Below are positions 6,408 to 14,077 of a stretch of 20,000 bases of DNA, piece by piece. The DNA comes from an uncultured virus (IMG/VR IMGVR_UViG_3300037189_019086) (Duplodnaviria; Heunggongvirae; Uroviricota; Caudoviricetes). The stretch's first letter is position 1; every line of letters starts with the position of its first letter. The notes beneath the pieces were generated by a model. It did not search any database. It had not been told where the DNA came from and saw nothing but the letters and a program-made list of their open reading frames with translations. The translations under genes and the position numbers were made by a program. The stretch is taken from the IMG/VR virus record IMGVR_UViG_3300037189_019086. One strand, written 5' to 3'.

Positions 6408-8518
6408 ACTACCCGGAGCTGCTCGTCTGGGGCCTCGCCGCCGGGTTCACCCGCGAGCAGATCGACGGGCTGTGGTCCGCCGCGTCCGGCCCGCTGGGCA
6501 GGGTCGTGAACGGCTTGTGGACCGGGAACCTCGCCGACGGCCCCCGCGCCAAGTTCAGCCTGCGCGGCACGCCTTACGCGGACCTCTGGCGCAACAGCGA
6601 CAACGTGCTCGTCCAGTACGTCCGCACGGGCGTCAGCAGCATCCACGACTACCAGGGCTACCTGCACCTCATCCGGGCCAACGAACTCGGCTACGAGGGC
6701 CTGCGCCGGGTCGAGAACCTGTGCCCCGACGCACGGAACATGACGACCGGCTGGACGCTCGATGCCACCGGCCAAGTCACCGACCGCACGTACATCGGCG
6801 GCTCGGCCACGGCCAACAGAGGCGTCCTCGTGACCCGGCCGTCGGCCTCGACGACCATGATCACGATGAACTCGTTGACCTACGAGCAGGATCTGCATGT
6901 GATCAGCGGCAAGTTCTGGGCGGCGTCGGGCTCGGTCACTCTGCGCATCCAGGCCATCCGCAGCGGCGACAACTTGGTCGTCGCCACCAGGGACATCACG
7001 ATCAGCTCGACGCCGGCCCGCCGGGCGCTGGCTTTCACGCCGGCTGACGGCACGATCCACCGGATCGTCTTCGGGCTGGTGGCCGGCACCAGCTTCGGCA
7101 TGGACGAGATCCTGGTCGAGCGCAAGGTCGATCAGGTGCCGCACCCGAGCGAGTTCGTGACCCGCGGCGAAGCCGGCGCCGCATGGCCGTTCCAGGGCGC
7201 TGGCGTGGACGGCGTCCGCTACTTCGACGTGCTGCCGTACAGCTTCTTGGAAGCCGACGGCAACGTGTTCGACTTCCTCGACCGGGCGCCGATCCCGGAA
7301 GCGACCTTCCTCGGGGTCCGCCGCCCGCCGCCCGCCACGCAGCGGCTGCTCCAGACGGCGGACCTGACTGCCATCGCCAGCCCGACAGTCAGCACCGCGA
7401 CGCCCTGGCAAAAGACCAACCTGGGGGCGGTGGCTCGGGTACAGAACGTGGCCAACCCGGTCGGCCGCAACCACTGCTACTTCCTGCCGGAGACCGCCAC
7501 CACGGGTGCGTTCGAGCTGTTCCAAGACTGGAGCGGGACGCTGCCTGCCAGCACCAGCGCGCCGATCCCGAACGCTTGGTACGTGCGCCGCGGGCCCGGC
7601 CGCAAGTGGGTGCGGATCAGCACGCGGCTCGCGGACGGCACCACGACCCGCAGCGCGTGGTTCGATCTGGAGCGCGGTGTCTGGGGCGTGGTGGACGCAG
7701 GCATCGACGTGGCCGACCTGTACGCCTACAGCACGGGCATCAACGACTGGTGGCGCATCGGGCATGCAGAGCCGGTCGGCGCCGGCGCCACTGCGCCCCG
7801 GTTCACCCTCGGCGTCGCATCTGACGACGGCGTGACCAGTTACGCGGGCGTGGCTGGCAACGGCCTGTACGTGGCCGCGCCGATGGCCACCGAGGCGGAC
7901 CACGTGACGGCCTACGTGGGCCACACGACCACTGCGGTCAGCGTGCGGGGAGACGGCCACGTCGAGGTGCCGATCACCAGCAACGTGCCGGCGAACGACT
8001 TCACCTTCCACCTCGACTTCACGTTGATGGGGGCGCGGTCCGACAGCAGGACCAAGACCGGGTTCCACTACATCGCCTACAGTTACTTCGACAACAACAA
8101 CCGCTGGGGCACGTGCATCCGGCCGGGCGTTGCCGGCGGCAACGCAGGCGACCGCGACGCGGCTGGATGGGCGCAGGACTACTACCCGAACACCGTCGGC
8201 TTCGACGGCGTCCAGGTCCGCACCGGGCTCGTGACCCAGCGTGGGCAGACGGTCAAGCAGTTCTTCGGGCAAGCGAGCGTCGCACGCAACGAAGCCGGGG
8301 GCGGCAGCTTCATGACGCTGGGAGGAATCAAGGCGTACTTCACTGGCGGTGTCGGCGCCGGCATCCCGACGACCGTGCCCATCGCCAACAAGGCGAGCAC
8401 CATCCGCCTCGGCAGCAACGTGAGCGCCGGCAAGGTGGACATCTGCATCAAGAATGTGGTGATCTGGGACCGGGCATTGACCGATGCGGAGATGGCCAAC
8501 GCCGGCAGCTACCGCTAG
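6404..8518 (+). CDS. Large spike/fibre (receptor-binding or head-fibre) protein (704 aa); start corrected from 5300
   Basis: GTG overlaps the holin stop (GTGA), with SD aagga. The N-terminus is paralogous to the 5274 protein. It has carbohydrate-binding-like beta domains and a LamG-like ending IKNVVIWDRALTDAEM. Confidence 0.75.
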   Translation: MNYPELLVWGLAAGFTREQIDGLWSAASGPLGRVVNGLWTGNLADGPRAKFSLRGTPYADLWRNSDNVLVQYVRTGVSSIHDYQGYLHLIRANELGYEGLRRVENLCPDARNMTTGWTLDATGQVTDRTYIGGSATANRGVLVTRPSASTTMITMNSLTYEQDLHVISGKFWAASGSVTLRIQAIRSGDNLVVATRDITISSTPARRALAFTPADGTIHRIVFGLVAGTSFGMDEILVERKVDQVPHPSEFVTRGEAGAAWPFQGAGVDGVRYFDVLPYSFLEADGNVFDFLDRAPIPEATFLGVRRPPPATQRLLQTADLTAIASPTVSTATPWQKTNLGAVARVQNVANPVGRNHCYFLPETATTGAFELFQDWSGTLPASTSAPIPNAWYVRRGPGRKWVRISTRLADGTTTRSAWFDLERGVWGVVDAGIDVADLYAYSTGINDWWRIGHAEPVGAGATAPRFTLGVASDDGVTSYAGVAGNGLYVAAPMATEADHVTAYVGHTTTAVSVRGDGHVEVPITSNVPANDFTFHLDFTLMGARSDSRTKTGFHYIAYSYFDNNNRWGTCIRPGVAGGNAGDRDAAGWAQDYYPNTVGFDGVQVRTGLVTQRGQTVKQFFGQASVARNEAGGGSFMTLGGIKAYFTGGVGAGIPTTVPIANKASTIRLGSNVSAGKVDICIKNVVIWDRALTDAEMANAGSYR

Positions 8519-8589
8519 ATTTCGCGGCCGTTGAGTTAGTGGTGGGTGCAGGCCGCAACCGAGTCCTTGCTTGGAACCAACCCGCCACC

Positions 8590-8638
8590 GCGCCCGCAGT
8601 CGAGCTACTCCTACCGGCTGCGGGCGCACCTCTTTTTT
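8590..8638 (+). terminator. Intrinsic terminator-like hairpin ending the head/fibre block
   Basis: 13-bp stem gcgcccgcagtcg(8590-8602)/cggctgcgggcgc(8615-8627) with one G-U pair and a 12-nt loop, followed by acctcTTTTTT. Confidence 0.65.
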
Positions 8639-8665
8639 GGATCGACGTACGACTAGAATCCGAAC

Positions 8666-9928
8666 GTGACCACAGGCCGCGAACTCGAAGTCAACCTCAG
8701 CGTCATGCTGGGGCTGAACAACCGTCGCCCGGACTTCCGTCTGCGCACGAAGAGCGGCGCATTCGTGCGCTCGGCGCCGAACGTCATCGTCAGCGAGTCG
8801 GGCAGCCTGAAGCGGCGCGGCGGCTACACCGAGCAGTTCCCCGGCGACGACTGCCGCTCGTTCTGGGTCGGGCGCAACGATGTGGGGTTCTACGCCGACG
8901 GCCCGACGCTGTACCGCGTGCGCACGGGCGGCGGCGGGCTGACACGTGATGCCGTCACAGCAGACCTCGTGCGCGGCCGGTCGCTGACCTACGCCGAGGT
9001 CGGCACGGACGTGGTCTTCAGCGACGGCATCACGAACCGCTGTGTCGGCCTGGACGGCATCCGCGTGTTCGGCGTGCCGGAGCTGGCCGCCCAGCCACTC
9101 GTCGCGGCCGGCACCGGCGGCGCGCTGACCGCCGGGGTCTACCAGATCGCCTTCGCCTACGGCAACGACCAGTTCGAGCTGTCCGGCTGCACGCCGGCCC
9201 AACTGGTCAGCGTGTCCAGCGGCGGCACGATCACTGTCAGCGGCCTGCCCGCGTCCTGGCCGTCTGGCGCGACGGTGCTGGTCATCTACGTGAGCCAGTC
9301 CGGCGGCTCGACGATGTACGCCGAGGTGCAGCAGCTCGCCCCGGCCACGACCGCCACGATCACGCAGCTCAGCGGCTCGGGCATGCAGGCCACGACGTAC
9401 CTGCGCCGCGCACTGCCGGCCGCGTCGATCCTGCGCTACCACGCCTCGCGGCTGTACGCCGCCGCAGGCACTGTGCTCTGGTACAGCGACGTGTACTCGC
9501 CCGCGCTCTGCACGCCGGCCAAGAACTACGTCCGGTTCCCCACCCCGATCACCGTCATGGAGCCGTGCGACGGCGGCATGTACGTGGTGGCGGATGCGAC
9601 CTACTGGCTGGCCGGCGACATCGCCGCCGCCGAACTGAAGACGGTCGCGCCCTACACCGCGGTGTTCGGGTCCGGCACGTACCTGCCGCACAAACAAGAC
9701 TGCGTGTGGATGACGCCCAAGGGCATCGCCAAGGGCTCATCGACCGGCGAGGTGGAGCTGCTGCAAGACGAGAACGTGGCGGTTGGCCGTGCCGCGTCGG
9801 CGGCAACTCTGGTTCAGGAGCAAGACGGACAGCGGCTCGTGGCATCGAGCCTCTTCGGCGCCGAGGGCGCATCCGCTGCTGCACGCAGCTACATGGACGC
9901 GGAAGTGATCCGCAGGGGAACGACATGA
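8666..9928 (+). CDS. Putative tail nozzle/hub (stabilisation) protein, N-terminal part (420 aa)
   Basis: N-terminal GLNN..D......F.R.A.NV....G.LKRRGG, as recalled for podovirus nozzle proteins. Beta-propeller-like strands and an inserted Ig-like segment (GGALTAGVYQIAFAY). The start codon is uncertain because there is no SD. Confidence 0.6.
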   Translation: MTTGRELEVNLSVMLGLNNRRPDFRLRTKSGAFVRSAPNVIVSESGSLKRRGGYTEQFPGDDCRSFWVGRNDVGFYADGPTLYRVRTGGGGLTRDAVTADLVRGRSLTYAEVGTDVVFSDGITNRCVGLDGIRVFGVPELAAQPLVAAGTGGALTAGVYQIAFAYGNDQFELSGCTPAQLVSVSSGGTITVSGLPASWPSGATVLVIYVSQSGGSTMYAEVQQLAPATTATITQLSGSGMQATTYLRRALPAASILRYHASRLYAAAGTVLWYSDVYSPALCTPAKNYVRFPTPITVMEPCDGGMYVVADATYWLAGDIAAAELKTVAPYTAVFGSGTYLPHKQDCVWMTPKGIAKGSSTGEVELLQDENVAVGRAASAATLVQEQDGQRLVASSLFGAEGASAAARSYMDAEVIRRGTT

Positions 9929-10422
9929 ACACCAAGCTGCATGGCGGCTTCAAGTACCTCATCGAGGTGCTGAAGGATGGAGTCGTTGTCGACTCCGAAG
10001 AGGTCTACAACCTGATGCCGACCGAGGGCGTGAACCACATGCTCGGCGTGACGCTCGTCGGGGCCAGCCAAGTCACGACTTGGTACGCCGGCCTCTACGA
10101 GGGCAACTACACGCCCGTGATCGGCGACACCGCAGCGCTGCTGCCGAGCTTGGCCGTCGAATGCACGACGTACGTGGGCACCACGCGCAAGACGTGGACC
10201 CCCGGCAGCGTGGCGGCTGGCGTGGTGGACAACAGCGCGGCGCGAGCCGAGTTCGAGTTCAACGCCACCAAGACGGTGTACGGCGGCTTCCTGTCGTCAG
10301 CACCGGCCAAGGGCGCCACGACCGGCGTCCTCATCTCCGTGGTGCGGTTCAGCTCGCCCCGCGTCCTCGACTCCGGCAGCATCCTTCGGGTGACCGCCGG
10401 CATGACCCTCACCTCCACCTGA
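9925..10422 (+). CDS. Small tail/virion structural protein (165 aa); start corrected from 9565
   Basis: ATGA overlap with the previous gene and SD agggga. NLMPTEGxNHML..WYAGL..TVYGGFL..GVLISVVRF is a pattern common in tail-accessory proteins. Confidence 0.7.
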   Translation: MNTKLHGGFKYLIEVLKDGVVVDSEEVYNLMPTEGVNHMLGVTLVGASQVTTWYAGLYEGNYTPVIGDTAALLPSLAVECTTYVGTTRKTWTPGSVAAGVVDNSAARAEFEFNATKTVYGGFLSSAPAKGATTGVLISVVRFSSPRVLDSGSILRVTAGMTLTST

Positions 10423-10432
10423 AGGAAACATC

Positions 10433-10873
10433 ATGCCCATCAAGCTCTCCACTGGCATGCGCAACAAGATGGCCGACACCGGCTCGGTGAAGTCGATCCT
10501 GGCCGGCGGCCTGATCCGCATCTACAGCGGCTCGCCGCCGGTCGATGCCGACGCGGCGGTGACCGGCCTGCTGCTCTGCACCATCTCGCTGGCCAGCGCC
10601 GGCACCGGCATCAACTTCGACACCGCGGCCGCAGCCGGCGTGCTGTCGAAAGCGCCGGGCGAGACCTGGAGCGGCAACAACGCCGCGACCGGCACGGCCA
10701 CGTACTTCCGGCACGTGGCGGCCGGCGACGACGGCACTTCGTCGACCACCCAGGCACGCATCCAGGGCACCGTCGCGACGGTGGGTGCGGACCTGAACCT
10801 CAGCTCGACCACGCTGACCTCGGGCGCCCCGCAGACCATCGACTACTACTCGTTCACGATCCCCGCCGCTTGA
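10433..10873 (+). CDS. Small tail/virion structural protein (146 aa)
   Basis: SD aagga. LSTGMRN..IRIYSG.PP..AD...GTATYFR..RIQG.V...GADL.L is a recognisable phage structural family pattern. Confidence 0.75.
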   Translation: MPIKLSTGMRNKMADTGSVKSILAGGLIRIYSGSPPVDADAAVTGLLLCTISLASAGTGINFDTAAAAGVLSKAPGETWSGNNAATGTATYFRHVAAGDDGTSSTTQARIQGTVATVGADLNLSSTTLTSGAPQTIDYYSFTIPAA

Positions 10874-10884
10874 CCTGACGCGCC

Positions 10885-12384
10885 ATGACGACCGCCGTCA
10901 TCCTCGAAAGTTTCCGCGGCAGCGGTGCGTTGGCGGGCACCGGGCCGGGCACGCTCACGGGCGTCGGGTCAGCAGGGTGGACGGCCAGTGAGTCCGGCGT
11001 GTTCACGCGGACGACCTCCGGCACCACGGTGACCATGAGTGGAACGGTCCGCTCCGCCACGCTGGACACGGACGGCGTATCGCCCGTCCACACCAGCGCT
11101 GGCGGCGGCGTGACGGTGGTCGAAGGCAGCATGCTGCCCGGCGGCCTGATGGACATCTCGTTCGACTTCGAGTCGGATTACGCCGGCATCACCGTGCAGG
11201 CCAGCGGGTCGGGCCGGGCCGTCGTGGGTGCGTTCCAGACGCCGCACAACTTCACGGCGACGGCCCCCGGCTCCGGCCTGGTTGTGGTGCGCATCGAAGT
11301 CACCACGGCGGCCATGCGGTTCTACGTGAACGACTCGCTGGTCTACACCCGCGGCTCGGGCGTCATGTCGGGCACGCCCATCACTTCGCTGCGCGTCGGA
11401 TACCCCGGCTACCTGGGCAGCGACGGCTACACCCCCGGCGCATCGCCGGTCGCGCTCAACTACTTGCACCTCCAGACCGAGGTGTCGAGCGGCGCGCTGG
11501 GCAGCGGCGTGCCGACCCAGCCGGCGCCTACCTCTGACTCGGACCTGAAAGTGCTGTTCTCCGACAACTTCGGGACGGCCATCAACCTGAATGGATCGCA
11601 CGGCGAGACCGGCCCGCTCGCCAGCGCGACCTGGGTATGCGAGGAGAACACTAGCGCGACCTTCTGGCCGGCGCCCGAAGCCTTCCCGCACTGGATGCGC
11701 GGGGGCTCAAACGGACTGACGGCCACCGGCGTGAGTCGGGTAGACGAAGAAGCCTTACTCTTAGCGCACTGCATCCCGACTTCAAACGCCGCGAGATTCA
11801 CAGACTTGCCGGCCGTACTCGAAGTCCTGATCCCACCAGGATTTACTGCATTCAGCGTGGGCTTTGCGTTTGCGACGTCTTCAGGAATTCCGTTTGCGCA
11901 AGCCAGTGCGGCAATAGAGGCCGACGGGAGCGTGCAGACGTTCTGGACACCCGGCGGGCCGACGTACGACGGCCCGAGGCCGAACTACGGCCTTGCCTTC
12001 GACCCATCGAGCATCTCGGTTGGAGGGTTGCCGCTTCGGCTTGAGCTGTGGCCTACCGAGCTGCGCCTCTACGTGGCCAACTCCCTGATCGGGGCATCGA
12101 CTGGCGTCTCTACCGATTACCTAGCGCGGACGGCCGACGGCAAGGTCGAGTTGATCGGGTGGTCGCTCAACGTCATACCGCGAATCCTCGGTACGTTGTT
12201 CACCAACCCGCGCCCAGTCGTAAAGCGCCTCAAGGTCAGCGGCGCCCAAAGCTCGTCCGGCGCGCTGCCTACTGAGTCTGACCTTGCGGCCGCGCTGAAC
12301 CCCCCCGGCCCCGGCAACGAGCCGAAGCTGCTGGGCACCTCCGTGTTCTGGACCGGCTTCAAGACGACCTATGAAGTTCCCTAA
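10885..12384 (+). CDS. Putative receptor-binding virion protein with two lectin-like beta-sandwich domains (499 aa)
   Basis: Rich in Gly/Ser/Thr, with two similar halves (VRIEVTTAAMRFYVNDSLV / LRLELWPTELRLYVANSLI). Confidence 0.55.
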   Translation: MTTAVILESFRGSGALAGTGPGTLTGVGSAGWTASESGVFTRTTSGTTVTMSGTVRSATLDTDGVSPVHTSAGGGVTVVEGSMLPGGLMDISFDFESDYAGITVQASGSGRAVVGAFQTPHNFTATAPGSGLVVVRIEVTTAAMRFYVNDSLVYTRGSGVMSGTPITSLRVGYPGYLGSDGYTPGASPVALNYLHLQTEVSSGALGSGVPTQPAPTSDSDLKVLFSDNFGTAINLNGSHGETGPLASATWVCEENTSATFWPAPEAFPHWMRGGSNGLTATGVSRVDEEALLLAHCIPTSNAARFTDLPAVLEVLIPPGFTAFSVGFAFATSSGIPFAQASAAIEADGSVQTFWTPGGPTYDGPRPNYGLAFDPSSISVGGLPLRLELWPTELRLYVANSLIGASTGVSTDYLARTADGKVELIGWSLNVIPRILGTLFTNPRPVVKRLKVSGAQSSSGALPTESDLAAALNPPGPGNEPKLLGTSVFWTGFKTTYEVP

Positions 12385-14077
12385 GCTCCGCAGCACGCTC
12401 ACCGCCGCAACGCCGGCCGGTGAAGCGAAGCTGCGGGCGCTTGACGGCACCGAGGCGCCGTACCTGCGAGCACGCGGCGTCGGCTACACCGCCAGGAAGC
12501 GCGGGCTCTTCAGCGAGGTCATCACCGACGAGGAAGAGCCCGCCGCCGACAAGGGCGACATCATGGTGCTCCAGGGCACGTATTCCTCCGGGTTCAACGA
12601 CCGCATCGTCAAGTCGGTGAGGCTCTCGAAGGCGGGCCGTAGGGGGAAGAACTACCCCACGCCGCCGGGCGGCGACGAGGCGTGGCGGGCCCCGCAACTG
12701 CTCTTCATGGGGAAGGGCTACGTGGCCGTGAACGTCGGCGCCGGGCTGGCTCTGCCGGCATCCTCCATCGCGTCAGTCGTCCGGCGCGGCCGGCGCGGCC
12801 GGCGCGGCTTCGAGTGGGTCGAGGGGGAAGTCGCCCTCAGCGCCTTTGCGACCGGCTGGGACGACGACAGGCAGTCCTACCGCTGGGGGTTCTCCAGCAA
12901 GATGCCGGCGGTCTACCAATACTGGCTGTCCTACGAATCACCGCCGGCCCCAGGCGCCGTGCTGCCCAGCACGGGCTCCGCAGGAAACACGACGACCGCG
13001 CAGAGCCCGGCCCTCTTTCCCTGCATGCCGCGAGTTCACCTGTACGACACGGTGAGCGGCTTCGTCCTCACGACGACGCCGGAGAACTCCGGCGACCTGC
13101 GCGGACACCTTGGGGGCAAGCTGTTTGTCACCGGGCCGGGGCAGCTCACGGGGCTCGTCGCGGTCCACGACCGGACAATCCAGACTTCCGCCGGCACGAT
13201 GGGCGGCTTCGACGAGAACGACGTGTACGTCCCGGGTGCGCCCGCTGTCTTCAGCACGACCGCGAACCGAGTCGCCCCGTACTTCCTCCACTCGACCGAC
13301 CACGGCGACACCTGGAGCCAGATCGGCACCGGGTTCTTGTCGTCGTACATCCCCCAGACGACGACCCCCGCGACCGTGGACATCTTCACGACCGCCGTGC
13401 TGTCGACCGAGCCGCTCTACACCGCTGAGCCGCTGGCCCGCCTTGCCGCGTTCTCGTTCTTCGTCTACCTCGGCAACGGCAAGTCTCTGTTCCTCGCCAA
13501 CAACCTCATCGTCACCCCGCCGAGCACGCTCGGCACGATGTGCTTCCTCTTCGAGGGTGGGGGCTTCACCCGACTCACTTGGGGCTACGACACCACGTCC
13601 GCCCTCCTGGTGGCGTTCTCCGACGGAAGGCTGTCCGACGGCCCCCAGTTCGTGACCGACTACGACAGCTTCCAGCGAGCACCGGCCAACTACTGCTTCG
13701 GCCCCGGATGCTGCGCGCTGCCGGTCTGGTACGAAACGGGGCACAAGCTGCGCATCACCCGCAACTACGGCTCATCTTGGTCGGAGGTCGATCTGCCACC
13801 TAACCTTCAGGGGGTGAGGTACTTCACGACGACGGCGCCATACCTGAACGAAGACGAGCCCGGCACAATCCTGATCGCCAAGACCGTTACGGCGGGGGCA
13901 GTCAAACAGCTCCACTGCTTCAAGACAGACGGCAACTTCTCCACGTTCACTGACCTGGGGCCGATCACGGAGTCTGTCAGCACCGCCACCATCACGCCTT
14001 GGCTCGAAGCGCTCACCTGGGCGCCTCGGTCCCGGCCGCTGTACCCGCAGCTCCCCGACGAGTTCAACAAGCCATGA
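12371..14077 (+). CDS. Virion protein with Asp-box (BNR) motifs, probable beta-propeller (568 aa)
   Basis: HSTDHGDTW and TRNYGSSW match or approximate S/TxDxGxTW. It overlaps both neighbours. Confidence 0.6.
   Translation: MKFPKLRSTLTAATPAGEAKLRALDGTEAPYLRARGVGYTARKRGLFSEVITDEEEPAADKGDIMVLQGTYSSGFNDRIVKSVRLSKAGRRGKNYPTPPGGDEAWRAPQLLFMGKGYVAVNVGAGLALPASSIASVVRRGRRGRRGFEWVEGEVALSAFATGWDDDRQSYRWGFSSKMPAVYQYWLSYESPPAPGAVLPSTGSAGNTTTAQSPALFPCMPRVHLYDTVSGFVLTTTPENSGDLRGHLGGKLFVTGPGQLTGLVAVHDRTIQTSAGTMGGFDENDVYVPGAPAVFSTTANRVAPYFLHSTDHGDTWSQIGTGFLSSYIPQTTTPATVDIFTTAVLSTEPLYTAEPLARLAAFSFFVYLGNGKSLFLANNLIVTPPSTLGTMCFLFEGGGFTRLTWGYDTTSALLVAFSDGRLSDGPQFVTDYDSFQRAPANYCFGPGCCALPVWYETGHKLRITRNYGSSWSEVDLPPNLQGVRYFTTTAPYLNEDEPGTILIAKTVTAGAVKQLHCFKTDGNFSTFTDLGPITESVSTATITPWLEALTWAPRSRPLYPQLPDEFNKP
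12781..12807 (+). repeat. 9-bp tandem repeat (ccggcgcgg)x3 encoding RRGRRGRRG
   Basis: Read directly from the sequence. Confidence 0.9.

Noticed and set aside
8516..8590. Stop-codon readthrough signal or HDV-like/hammerhead ribozyme after the TAG
   Set aside because: Readthrough meets another TAG at 8537-8539. There is no room for the HDV P3/L3 element and no CUGANGA/GAAA hammerhead core was seen.
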